From: a candidate division WOR-3 bacterium
Lineage (GTDB): Bacteria; Hydrothermota; 32-111
Assembly: GCA_039804105.1 (NCBI GenBank)
Contig: JBDRZU010000002.1
Coordinates: 224,001 to 288,000 of the forward strand
Direction of reading: 5' to 3'
Length of the DNA stretch: 64,000 nt
Position numbers and translations under genes: made by a program. Below the pieces are notes generated by a model that saw only the letters and a program-made list of their open reading frames with translations, was not told the DNA's origin and made no database searches. Position 1 is the first letter of the stretch, and each line of letters begins with the position of its first letter. This document shows, in pieces, positions 49,411-58,980 of this stretch.

Positions 49411-50586
49411 ATGGAGATAAGAAAAGAATCTATCTGTGGTTCTGAAAATCCCAATGATGTTCTCATAAAAATTGAACCGGCTGAAAACGGTATAGACATT
49501 GAAGTTTCCTCAAACTCTGGAGAAGAGCAGTTCACAAAAATAAAAAATCTTGTTGATCAGATTCTCAATTTTTATGGTATAGTTAACGCAAAAATTACTA
49601 TTAAAGATTTTGGAGCACCAGATTTTATAATCAAAGCGAGAATGGAAACCGTAATAAAAAGAGCGTCTCAGGAAATCGAAAAAAAGATCTATGTTGAAAA
49701 AATGGATTTGAGATATCAACCGATAAGATCAATCTTCAAAATCAATGTCAATAATCCAAAATATCTGAACGACTCTTTCAAATTAAAACCTGATGCGTAT
49801 CTTTTAGATCTTTATAAAGGGATTCCTTTGAACGAAAAAGATAGTTCAAGAATTCTTGTTGGAAATTTTCTAAATGAAAAATTGAATGAAACAATATTTA
49901 GAATGGTAAAAATAAATCCCCTAGATCTCGGTGGTAATGATGATATAGATTATCTTACTCAGTTCTCTCCAGATTTTTTTGTATTGACTAAATGTGAAAC
50001 AGAGTTCGATGTAAAGAAAACTTTGGAGTTGGTTGAAAAAGCAGAAAAAAAATATAAGATTTTTAACAGGACAATGCTAATCCCTTCAATTGAATCAGTT
50101 AAAGGATTGATAAACCTATATGAGATCTCTTCTGTTTCTGATAGAGTTTTCGGAGCGATCTTAAACATTAAAGAATATTTAACATCTCTTGCTCTTCCTT
50201 CTGACAACATTACAGACCATATCTATTTTGCTAAACTTGAATTCATAACAAAGGTAAAAGCAGCAAACATAATGGCTTTTGATACAACAACTTCCAAAAT
50301 AGATAACAACGATGAGATTAAAGAGGAACTGAGAATTTCATGGGATATGGGTTTTGATGGAAAAATTGTAACGCATCCAAAAATAATAGAACTGGTAAAC
50401 TCCATCTTTAAGATAGAAGGGAACATGGAAAAATATGAAAACATCACTTCATTGTATTCAAAAGCAAACGATATGGGTTCAGGACTCGTGTTGAATAACT
50501 CTTACCTTGTGGACAAATATGAAATCATAAAATCTATAAAATTCGTTCAACTCTCAAAAATAAATAGAGAAGAGACAAAGGAGTGA
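49411..50586 (+). CDS. CitD (acyl-carrier)-like and CitE/HpcH-like fusion protein, divergent
   Basis: N-terminal 'D..I.IEP....I.I....DFGA.DF.IKARME' (CitD-like); C-terminal TIM barrel 'IES..G..N..EI', 'GFDGK...HP'. Confidence 0.75.
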   Translation: MEIRKESICGSENPNDVLIKIEPAENGIDIEVSSNSGEEQFTKIKNLVDQILNFYGIVNAKITIKDFGAPDFIIKARMETVIKRASQEIEKKIYVEKMDLRYQPIRSIFKINVNNPKYLNDSFKLKPDAYLLDLYKGIPLNEKDSSRILVGNFLNEKLNETIFRMVKINPLDLGGNDDIDYLTQFSPDFFVLTKCETEFDVKKTLELVEKAEKKYKIFNRTMLIPSIESVKGLINLYEISSVSDRVFGAILNIKEYLTSLALPSDNITDHIYFAKLEFITKVKAANIMAFDTTTSKIDNNDEIKEELRISWDMGFDGKIVTHPKIIELVNSIFKIEGNMEKYENITSLYSKANDMGSGLVLNNSYLVDKYEIIKSIKFVQLSKINREETKE

Positions 50587-51653
50587 ACATGTTCAAAATT
50601 GTTGCGATAAATCCTGGAGCAACTTCAACAAAGATCGGTTACTATGAAGATGAAAATGAAATTTTTACTGAATCTTTGAGACATCACAACGAGGATATTC
50701 AGAAGTTTAAAAAAACTATAGATCAACTCGATATGAGGGTTCAGGTTGTAAAGGACTTTTTAAAACAGAAAAATATCAAACTTGAAGAAATTGATGTCTT
50801 TGTGGCAAGAGGTGGACCATTCAAGCCTTTGAAATCAGGAACCTACTCTATAAACAAAAAAATGATCGACGATGTTTTGTCCGGAAATGTACTTGCTGAT
50901 CATGTATCCAATCTTGCATGTCTCATAGCTGAAAAATTGGCTGTAAACACAAAACAAAAAAAATTCATAGTTGATCCAGTTTCCGTCGATGAATTCGATG
51001 ACATTGCAAGAATTTCAGGTCTTGAAGGTATTGAAAGAAAATCTCTTTCCCATGCTTTGAATATGAAAATGATAGCAAAAAGATGGGCAAAGGAAAACAA
51101 GAAAGATTATTTTAAATCATCTCTTATAGTGGTTCATCTTGGAACCGGAATATCTGTTTCAGCCCATAAAAATGGAAGAATGATAGATGTGAACAATGCT
51201 AACGATGAAGGACCATTCTCTCCACAAAGAACTGGGACATTGCCAGTCACACAACTTTCAAAACTCATCATATCAAAAAAGATGGAATATGAGGATGTAA
51301 AAAAAATGTTGACAATGCAGGGCGGAGTTTACTCTTACTTTAAGAATGATAACATTTCAGAACTTGTAAAACTTATGAATGAAGGAGATAAAAAAGTTGA
51401 ACTGATCCTTTCCGCAATGATGTATCAGGTTTCAAAAGAAATCGGAGCTATGGCTACAGTTCTTTATGGAAAAGTCGATGCGATACTTGTCACGGGTGGA
51501 ATCGCATACAATAAATGTTTAACAGATATAATAGTTGAAAGAACAAAATTTATTGCACCCGTCATAGTTTATCCAGGAGAGGATGAAATACTCGCTCTCG
51601 TTTTGGGTGCATTAAGGGTTTTAAAAGGTGAAGAAAAGGAAATGGAATATTAA
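50583..51653 (+). CDS. buk: Butyrate kinase
   Basis: INPGATSTK, ARGG, H.SNL, VDPVSVDE, HALN.K, HLG.GISV..H..G..ID.NN and YPGEDE motifs. Confidence 0.95.
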   Translation: MNMFKIVAINPGATSTKIGYYEDENEIFTESLRHHNEDIQKFKKTIDQLDMRVQVVKDFLKQKNIKLEEIDVFVARGGPFKPLKSGTYSINKKMIDDVLSGNVLADHVSNLACLIAEKLAVNTKQKKFIVDPVSVDEFDDIARISGLEGIERKSLSHALNMKMIAKRWAKENKKDYFKSSLIVVHLGTGISVSAHKNGRMIDVNNANDEGPFSPQRTGTLPVTQLSKLIISKKMEYEDVKKMLTMQGGVYSYFKNDNISELVKLMNEGDKKVELILSAMMYQVSKEIGAMATVLYGKVDAILVTGGIAYNKCLTDIIVERTKFIAPVIVYPGEDEILALVLGALRVLKGEEKEMEY

Positions 51654-51656
51654 AAA

Positions 51657-52721
51657 ATGAATAAAAAAATTTTTTGTTCAATTCTTTTGATTTTGATAGT
51701 CGTTTTTGTTTTTCCAGAAAAAGTTCCAATTCCAACAGATTATCCAACGATTTTTCCATCTGCAAGAATCAGAGGCCTAGGCGGTAATGGAACATCGATT
51801 ATGGGAGATATCAGTTCAACATTTTATAATCCAGCTACACTTTCCGGTTTAAATTCTGGAGGAATATCTTTATCCTTTGAAACCGATCATTTCTCTTCTT
51901 ATGCTGAATTCCTTCAAAAAGAACAATCTATTTATGGAAAAAATGTATCTTTTTTTACGATTTCAACCTATCAGGGTGGACTAAGTTATATGCCACTTTT
52001 CAAAATCTCTTATAGAGATTCATTTGTTGATTCTTTGAACATTGAGAGAGATTTTGAAATGAAACTTGACCAATACTGGTTGTCCTTAACAAGTTTCACA
52101 GGTTTTAATGAAAAATTTTCCTCTCCAATATATTTTGGAATCAACTTGAAATATCTTAATGGAAAAATCGCTGAAGCGAAATTATCTTATGATTCTTTAG
52201 GCAATATCATCGATGGTTTTGCTGATATATCTTACGGCAATGGGTATGGTATTGATGGAGGACTTATAGTATCATTATCGAATCTTTTTGTATCACTTGT
52301 TTTCAGAGATATTTTGACTCACATATATTGGGATTCTTATGATAAACAGATAATTCCAATGAATGGTAACCTCGGGGTATCTTTCGTTCCAATATCAAAT
52401 CTTTTGTTCAACTTTAATGTTTCCAAATTTTTAAGAAATGAAACACCTTTTGTTTACACTTTGGGTGGTGAATATACATTTTTTGAAATCTCAGAAAAGA
52501 CAAACTCTTTCTGGGACGATTTAAAAAAAGGATCACCAAGTATCAGAATCGGAACATCATTTAAAGAAATTCCAACACTCAGTACTGCAATAATAGATTT
52601 GGGATTAGGTTATAACTCTAATTCTGTTAGAGTCGATCTATGTTTTGAATCAACACTTGAAAGGTATTATATAGGAAAATTTGATTACTATTTAACTTTA
52701 ACCATTCCAATAACAATTTAG
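51657..52721 (+). CDS. Outer-membrane beta-barrel, PorV/FadL-like
   Basis: Signal peptide; 'SAR..GLGG...I.GD.S..FYNPA.L' N-terminal signature; G.NLKY and G.GIDGG strands. Confidence 0.7.
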   Translation: MNKKIFCSILLILIVVFVFPEKVPIPTDYPTIFPSARIRGLGGNGTSIMGDISSTFYNPATLSGLNSGGISLSFETDHFSSYAEFLQKEQSIYGKNVSFFTISTYQGGLSYMPLFKISYRDSFVDSLNIERDFEMKLDQYWLSLTSFTGFNEKFSSPIYFGINLKYLNGKIAEAKLSYDSLGNIIDGFADISYGNGYGIDGGLIVSLSNLFVSLVFRDILTHIYWDSYDKQIIPMNGNLGVSFVPISNLLFNFNVSKFLRNETPFVYTLGGEYTFFEISEKTNSFWDDLKKGSPSIRIGTSFKEIPTLSTAIIDLGLGYNSNSVRVDLCFESTLERYYIGKFDYYLTLTIPITI

Positions 52722-52729
52722 GAGGAAAA

Positions 52730-53200
52730 ATGTTGATATCACAGTTTTTAAAAAAAGAAAATGTGATTTTTGATCTAAAGAGTAAAACAAAAGATAAAGC
52801 ACTTGAAGAAATGGTTGACAAAATGAAACTTTCAAAAGAAAAAAAAGACCTAATACTTCTTTCTTTAAAACAGAGGGAAATCCTTGGAACAACGGGTATA
52901 GGAAATGGAATAGCGATACCACATGCTAGATCTGTAGTTCTGGATAAACTCTGTCTCTATGTTGGTATTTCTCCAAAAGGTATAGAATATGAAGCACTTG
53001 ATGGAAAAAATGTAAACATCATTTTTTTGATCATAGCACCTCCACTTGACTCTTCAAACCAGTATCTTATCCTCCTTGGAAAGATAGCTGCTCTTTCAAA
53101 GAAACTGATAAAGAAAAAAGATTATCTCAAAATAGATAACTATGAAGATTTTATTGAGTTGATAAAAAAAATGGAAGAAAGTATGGAGGATGAAATATGA
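52730..53200 (+). CDS. PTS EIIA-type protein (PtsN/fructose-mannitol family)
   Basis: RE..GTTGIG.GIAIPHAR with the phospho-His. Confidence 0.9.
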   Translation: MLISQFLKKENVIFDLKSKTKDKALEEMVDKMKLSKEKKDLILLSLKQREILGTTGIGNGIAIPHARSVVLDKLCLYVGISPKGIEYEALDGKNVNIIFLIIAPPLDSSNQYLILLGKIAALSKKLIKKKDYLKIDNYEDFIELIKKMEESMEDEI

Positions 53201-53553
53201 ACATTCAATTACAATATCTCATCCAGTTGAGTGATCTTGATACACAACTTGAGGAGTTAAAAAATGACAGGATAAGAACAAAGGAGGAATCCTTAGGTTT
53301 TAGAGTTCAGGCAAAAGAGAATGAAATAAATAAATTGAGAGAAAGTATCAGAAAAAAAATTGAACCTGATCTTTTAAACAAATATGACAAAATACAGAAA
53401 AGGTATAAAATGAGGGCTGTGGCTCAGGTTAATGATGGTGTTTGTTATGGATGTTTCACTGCTCTTCCGACAAGTTATGTTGCTGAAGGAGATAAAAACA
53501 ACAAAATTATAACATGTCCTAATTGCGGGAGGATTCTATTTTGGATAGAATAG
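53197..53553 (+). CDS. Short C4 zinc-ribbon protein (COG1579-like, short coiled coil)
   Basis: L..LIQLSDLD N-terminus; CYGC...CPNCGRILF. Confidence 0.85.
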   Translation: MNIQLQYLIQLSDLDTQLEELKNDRIRTKEESLGFRVQAKENEINKLRESIRKKIEPDLLNKYDKIQKRYKMRAVAQVNDGVCYGCFTALPTSYVAEGDKNNKIITCPNCGRILFWIE

Positions 53554-54155
53554 TTGAAAAAACGATCAAAAATTTAGAAAAACATTATTTCGAAGTTTTC
53601 TACTATCAAGATTTTGAACAACTGAAAGAAAAGGTAAAAGAATTTTTGAACACTTATGAAAGTTTTTCTTTGGGAGGTTCAACCACTCTCGTTCAAACGG
53701 GATTAAAAGATTTTATAATTCAACACGGAAAAAGATTTATTGAAAGAATAAGTGGTGACGATGAAGAAAAGAAAATTGAATCTGAAAGAGCAGCTTTACT
53801 TTCAGATATATACTTTATGTCAACAAATGCAATCTCATCAACTGGAGCATTGATAAATATAGACAAAAGGGGAAACAGAGTGGGTGCACTTTTGTTTGGT
53901 CCAAAAAAGGTTGTTGTGATAGCATCAACGAATAAAATTACAAAAGATATAGATTCTGCAATCGAAAGGGCTAAAAATGTTGCAGCTGTTTCGAATTGTA
54001 AAAGGTTCAATTTAACAACTCCATGTGTAAAACTTCAAAGATGTATAGATTGTGAGGATGAAAACACTATATGTTATTCAACGGTGATAACAAAAAGATC
54101 TTTTCCTCACAAAAGGATTTCGATTTTACTCTTTGAAGGAAACTATGGATTCTAA
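53541..54155 (+). CDS. LUD-domain (lactate-utilization LutC/YkgG-like) protein
   Basis: GGS.TL, STNAI...G.L.NID..GNRV, GP..V and PCV....C.DC......C motifs; TTG start after GGGAGG. Confidence 0.88.
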   Translation: MDRIVEKTIKNLEKHYFEVFYYQDFEQLKEKVKEFLNTYESFSLGGSTTLVQTGLKDFIIQHGKRFIERISGDDEEKKIESERAALLSDIYFMSTNAISSTGALINIDKRGNRVGALLFGPKKVVVIASTNKITKDIDSAIERAKNVAAVSNCKRFNLTTPCVKLQRCIDCEDENTICYSTVITKRSFPHKRISILLFEGNYGF

Positions 54156-55407
54156 ATATATTCCTTTTGCACAAAAATTTAGACCTGAAACACTTGATCA
54201 ATTCGTTGGGCAAAAACATCTTGTTGGAGAAAATGGTGTTATAAGAAAATTTCTTGAAGATAAAATATTGATTTCCATGATCTTTGTTGGACCACCTGGT
54301 TCAGGAAAAACAACTCTTGCTAATATTTTAGCAAAAAATTATTCCTTACCAAAACTCTATATCAACGGGATAAATTTTTCGACCACAAATTTAAAAAAAA
54401 TAATCGAAGAATCAAAATCATCAACTCTAATTATCATCATTGATGAGATCCATCGTATGAACCGAATACAACAAGATGCTCTTTTACCATATATTGAGGA
54501 TGGAAATGTAATAATAATTGGAACAACAACAGAAAATCCTTCTTATGAACTAACTCCCGCATTACTTTCAAGAGTTACAGTTTTTAAATTCAACAGATTG
54601 GAAGAAGATGATTTAAAAAAAATAGCAGAAAATATCTTTAAAAATCTTAACATGGAAATTAAAGATGAAAAGATTTACCAGGTTTTGATATCTTTTTCTA
54701 ACAACGATGCAAGACAACTTATAAATATTATTCAAAACTTTTATCAAGATCTAAAAACAACCATGGATGCCGAAGAATTAAAAAAATTGATAGTTTCAAA
54801 AAAATTGATCCAGTATGATAAAAAAGGAGATTACCATTATAATCTGATCTCAGCTTTTCACAAATCTATAAGAGGAAGTGATGTTAATGCATCGATTTAC
54901 TATTTTGCAAGAATGATAGCCGGTGGAGAGGATCCTCTTTACATCGCAAGAAGAATGATCAGGATTGCATCCGAGGATATCGGGACTGCTGACCCAAATG
55001 CTTTGATCTTAGCAAACAATGCTTACGAAGCCTTTGAAAAATTGGGTTCACCTGAAGGAGAAATCGCTTTGTTACAATGTGCAATCTATCTCGCTCTATC
55101 ACCAAAATCTGTTGCAGTTTACAACGCATATTCAAATTCTATAGATTATGCACAGAAAACATCTCATAAAGATGTTCCCCTGCGATTTAGAAACCCTGTT
55201 ACAGAGTTTGATAGAAAAGAGGGAATCGGAAAAGGTTATAAGTATCCCCCAGAGTTCGAAAACAGTTTTGTTCTGGAGAACTACTTTCCAGATGGTGTTG
55301 AAGAAAAAATATTCTACTTTCCGGTAGAAAGGGGATTTGAAAGAGAGATGATAAAAAGGATAAATTATTATAAAAAATTGAAGGACAGATTAAAAAATGA
55401 AAAATAA
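54145..55407 (+). CDS. rarA: Replication-associated recombination protein A
   Basis: RP..LD..VGQ.HL, GPPGSGKT, DEIHR, TTENPS, ISAFHKSIRGSD and SEDIG.ADP motifs. Confidence 0.96.
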   Translation: MDSKYIPFAQKFRPETLDQFVGQKHLVGENGVIRKFLEDKILISMIFVGPPGSGKTTLANILAKNYSLPKLYINGINFSTTNLKKIIEESKSSTLIIIIDEIHRMNRIQQDALLPYIEDGNVIIIGTTTENPSYELTPALLSRVTVFKFNRLEEDDLKKIAENIFKNLNMEIKDEKIYQVLISFSNNDARQLINIIQNFYQDLKTTMDAEELKKLIVSKKLIQYDKKGDYHYNLISAFHKSIRGSDVNASIYYFARMIAGGEDPLYIARRMIRIASEDIGTADPNALILANNAYEAFEKLGSPEGEIALLQCAIYLALSPKSVAVYNAYSNSIDYAQKTSHKDVPLRFRNPVTEFDRKEGIGKGYKYPPEFENSFVLENYFPDGVEEKIFYFPVERGFEREMIKRINYYKKLKDRLKNEK

Positions 55408-56218
55408 AAAAATCTCTTCCATTCTACTTTTAACACTTATTAACCTCTTCTCATGTAGTGATTTAAAAAATAGAAACACAATTATCATTTCAACTCTGTA
55501 TCCAATAAGTGCTTTTTATCAAAATCTTCTCGATTCCACAATCGTTAGTGTAAGTGTTCTCGAAAGGAATATGGATCCACATATTTCAGAAATTTCTCCT
55601 TCCAACTTCAAAAGAATTTCCGAATCGAAAATTTTTGTTTTTCTTGGATCAAAAATTGAGTTTGAGGAAAAAAATAAAAATCAGTTTTTGAAAGAATCAA
55701 AAAACTCCATAACTATAAACTTATCCAAAACACTCACAAAAGTTAACGATCCACATATCTGGCTTTCTCTTGATAATTTAAAAATATTCTCAAAAGTTCT
55801 TTATGATACACTATTATTCTACAATATTGTTGAAAAAGAAAACCTCAACAAAAAATTTTATACTTTAAATAGCAAAATCGATTCTTTAAAAGAATCTATT
55901 GAAAAAATAATAATGGAAAAACAGGTAAAAATTATTTTTACAGACCACAATGCCTTCTACTATTTTGCACAGGAATTTAATTTAGAAATAAAAACCATTT
56001 CCAATAATGAGGATGAAATTTCTGTAAGAGATTTGAAAAATATTTATGAAAAAATGTCAAAAGAAAAATTTAAAATCTTTTTCTATACAAACAAATCCTC
56101 AGAAAATTATGCTAAAAATTTTGAAAAAGAACTTAAAGCAAAAAGTTTATATATAGATCCTCTTGAAAATCCTCTAACAAATTTTGAGAAAATTTTAACA
56201 TTTTTAAAATCTTTATGA
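55397..56218 (+). CDS. znuA: Zn/Mn ABC transporter substrate-binding lipoprotein
   Basis: Lipobox LFSC; DPH, DPHIWLS and H.AF.YF motifs. Confidence 0.85.
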   Translation: MKNKKISSILLLTLINLFSCSDLKNRNTIIISTLYPISAFYQNLLDSTIVSVSVLERNMDPHISEISPSNFKRISESKIFVFLGSKIEFEEKNKNQFLKESKNSITINLSKTLTKVNDPHIWLSLDNLKIFSKVLYDTLLFYNIVEKENLNKKFYTLNSKIDSLKESIEKIIMEKQVKIIFTDHNAFYYFAQEFNLEIKTISNNEDEISVRDLKNIYEKMSKEKFKIFFYTNKSSENYAKNFEKELKAKSLYIDPLENPLTNFEKILTFLKSL

Positions 56219-56940
56219 ATTCTGATTACATCTTAAAAATAAAAAACTTAGGATACACTTTAAACGGAACAGTTATTCTCGAGAATATTAATTTCAAGAT
56301 AGAAGAGAATGAACTCGTTTCAATAATAGGTCCAAACGGTGGAGGGAAAACAACACTTTTAAAACTGATACTCGGTATAATGAAACCAACAACAGGAATA
56401 ATTGAATTTTACAACAAAAATATTCCTATAGGTTATCTTCCTCAAAGAAAAACAGATCCTTTTGATTTTCCCATATCTGTTTATGATTTCATACTTCTTG
56501 CAAGATACAATGGGGTTTTTAGAAATTTCACCAGATATGATCACAAAAAAACAATCGAAACGATCGAGAAAATCGGTATAGAAAAACTTTTAAAGAAAAG
56601 ATTATCAAACCTTTCAGGAGGAGAATTGCAAAAAGTTCTTCTAGCAAGGGCTATCGTGAACGATCCAAAACTGCTTATACTAGATGAACCAACTTCGTTT
56701 ATAGATATAAAATCACAGAATGAATTTTATAACCTTTTATTTGAACTGAAGGAAAAAATGTCCATAATACTTGTAACACATGATCTCGGTGCGATTTCAA
56801 CTAAAATAAAAAGAATAATCTGTTTAAATAAAAGTGTAAACTTTGATGGTGATATAAATAAAAACAGAGTTTTTGTAATGAACAATCTTTACGGATTCGA
56901 TGTAAACATAATAGATCACAGTGATCATAAAAAATTATGA
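56215..56940 (+). CDS. znuC: Metal ABC transporter ATP-binding protein
   Basis: GPNGGGKT, GYLPQ, LSGGE.Q, LDEP and VTHD motifs; His-rich tail. Confidence 0.9.
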   Translation: MNSDYILKIKNLGYTLNGTVILENINFKIEENELVSIIGPNGGGKTTLLKLILGIMKPTTGIIEFYNKNIPIGYLPQRKTDPFDFPISVYDFILLARYNGVFRNFTRYDHKKTIETIEKIGIEKLLKKRLSNLSGGELQKVLLARAIVNDPKLLILDEPTSFIDIKSQNEFYNLLFELKEKMSIILVTHDLGAISTKIKRIICLNKSVNFDGDINKNRVFVMNNLYGFDVNIIDHSDHKKL

Positions 56941-57728
56941 TTTTTGAGTATAAATTTATTCAATTAAGTGTATTCTCTCTTATCCTTTATTCTCTTCTTG
57001 CCTCAATAATTGGAACATTTGTTGTTTTAAGAAAAACCACATATATTTCAGGTGGGATTTCACATGCCGCCTTTGGAGGCCTTGGACTTGGAATATTTCT
57101 TTCATTAAATCCTATTCTTGTTGCTATACCTTTTACTTTAATTTTTACATCCATTATGTTTTATCTTGGGAAAAAATTTAAAATTGAAAATGACTCAACA
57201 GTTTCGATAATATGGAGTTTGGGTATGTCCTTAGGGATAATACTTTTAAATTTTAAAAAAGGATATACAGGGTATATGCTTGGCTATCTTTTTGGAAATG
57301 TTCTATCGATAAACACATTTGATATTATTTTACTCTCTGTTGTTCTCTTTTTTACAATTCTAATTTTTTTCTTTTTTATGAAGGAATTTATTTTCATTTC
57401 ACTCGATCAAGAATATTCAAAAATTGTTGGAATCAAATATAATCTATTCGATACCATTTTCTATCTTTTTGCAACTTTAGGCATTGTTGTTATGATAAAA
57501 ATTTCAGGGGTTATAGTCAACATAATTTTTCTGACTATAGCCCCTTTGATAACAAAGAACATTTTTACAAACATCTATAAAATAATTTTCTTCAATTTCC
57601 TACTGAATGTATTCTTTTCACTTACAGGATTACTCCTTTCATACAATCTCGATTTTCCTTCTGGTCCTTCTATAGTTATTGTTTCCATAGTCACATTCAT
57701 AATTTTCAAAATCTTTAAAAATTTATGA
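56937..57728 (+). CDS. znuB: Metal ABC transporter permease
   Basis: ISHAAFGG, YLFG and PSGP motifs; multi-TM. Confidence 0.9.
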   Translation: MIFEYKFIQLSVFSLILYSLLASIIGTFVVLRKTTYISGGISHAAFGGLGLGIFLSLNPILVAIPFTLIFTSIMFYLGKKFKIENDSTVSIIWSLGMSLGIILLNFKKGYTGYMLGYLFGNVLSINTFDIILLSVVLFFTILIFFFFMKEFIFISLDQEYSKIVGIKYNLFDTIFYLFATLGIVVMIKISGVIVNIIFLTIAPLITKNIFTNIYKIIFFNFLLNVFFSLTGLLLSYNLDFPSGPSIVIVSIVTFIIFKIFKNL

Positions 57729-58967
57729 TAGTTTGTGAACTATCAGTCCACTTCTGAGTTTTGGTTCAAACCAAGTCGATTTTGGAGGCATTACATTTCC
57801 AGAATCAGCAACAGTCATCAACTGTTCCATACTTGTAGGATAAAGAGCAAAAGCAACTTCATATTCTTTTGAATCGACCAACTTTTGAAGTTCTTCTATT
57901 CCTCTGATTCCACCTACAAAGTTTATCCTTTTATCCGTTCTTGGCTCTTTTATTCCAAGAAGTGGATTTAAAACATTATCCTGTAAAATTGAAACATCGA
58001 GAGATTTTATCGGATCATTTCTAAATATTATATCTTCCTTTGCCTCAAGTTTATACCACTTTTTATCTATGTACATGGAAAATGTATGAATCTTTTCAGG
58101 TTTTTGAGGTCTTTTCAATTCAACGATATTGAATTTCTTTTTTAACTGTTCAAAAAATTTTTCTTTAGTAAGACCATTTAAATCCTTTACCACTCTGTTG
58201 TAATCCATTATTTTCAGCTGATCATCAGGATAAATTACCGAGAGGAAAAAATTGAATTCCTCTTTACCTGTGTACTTTTTAAGATTTTCTCTTCTTTTCC
58301 TGGCTACTCTTACAGCAGCTGCAGATCTATGATGTCCATCAGCAACATACAGATTTTCTATATTGGCAAAAAGTTTTACCAATTTTTCAATTATCTTCTT
58401 ATCCTTCACAACAAAAAGTATATGTCTCACGTTCAACTCATCTTTGAAGTCATACTCAGGATCATTTTTTTCTATAAAATTTTTAACTATATCATCTATC
58501 TCTTTTTCTTTTCTATAAGTAAGAAAAACTGGACCTGTGTTCGCATCTATGATATCAACATGCATCGCTCTTTCGATTTCTTTATCCTCTCTTGTATGTT
58601 CATGTTTTTTGATCACATCAGATATATAATCATCAACCGATGCACAAGCAACAATTCCAGTTTGCTCATGTTTTCCCATTATCTGTTTATAGATGTAAAG
58701 GTAATCATCCTTATCCTGAAATAAAACCTTATCCTTAAGAAACTTTTCAAAATTCTCTTTTCCTTTCAAGAATATCCTTTCATCATGAACATTCCAATCA
58801 TCAGGACATTCGATTTCAGATTTTTCAATCTTCAAAAAAGAATATTTTTTATCCTTAACATACTCTCTTGCTTCCTTAACTGAGACAACATCATACGGTG
58901 GTGCCGCTACTTCTGCTACTTTTTCTTTAACAGGTCTTATACCTTTAAAAGGTTTTATCACTGCCAT
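57723..58967 (-). CDS. DUF1015 family protein
   Basis: PPYDV, KKHEHT, YVADGHHR, YNRVV and MPPKSTWFEPKLRSGL motifs; start MAVIKPF at 58967. Confidence 0.92.
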   Translation of the reverse strand: MAVIKPFKGIRPVKEKVAEVAAPPYDVVSVKEAREYVKDKKYSFLKIEKSEIECPDDWNVHDERIFLKGKENFEKFLKDKVLFQDKDDYLYIYKQIMGKHEQTGIVACASVDDYISDVIKKHEHTREDKEIERAMHVDIIDANTGPVFLTYRKEKEIDDIVKNFIEKNDPEYDFKDELNVRHILFVVKDKKIIEKLVKLFANIENLYVADGHHRSAAAVRVARKRRENLKKYTGKEEFNFFLSVIYPDDQLKIMDYNRVVKDLNGLTKEKFFEQLKKKFNIVELKRPQKPEKIHTFSMYIDKKWYKLEAKEDIIFRNDPIKSLDVSILQDNVLNPLLGIKEPRTDKRINFVGGIRGIEELQKLVDSKEYEVAFALYPTSMEQLMTVADSGNVMPPKSTWFEPKLRSGLIVHKLS

Positions 58968-58980
58968 ATATTCTTCCTCC

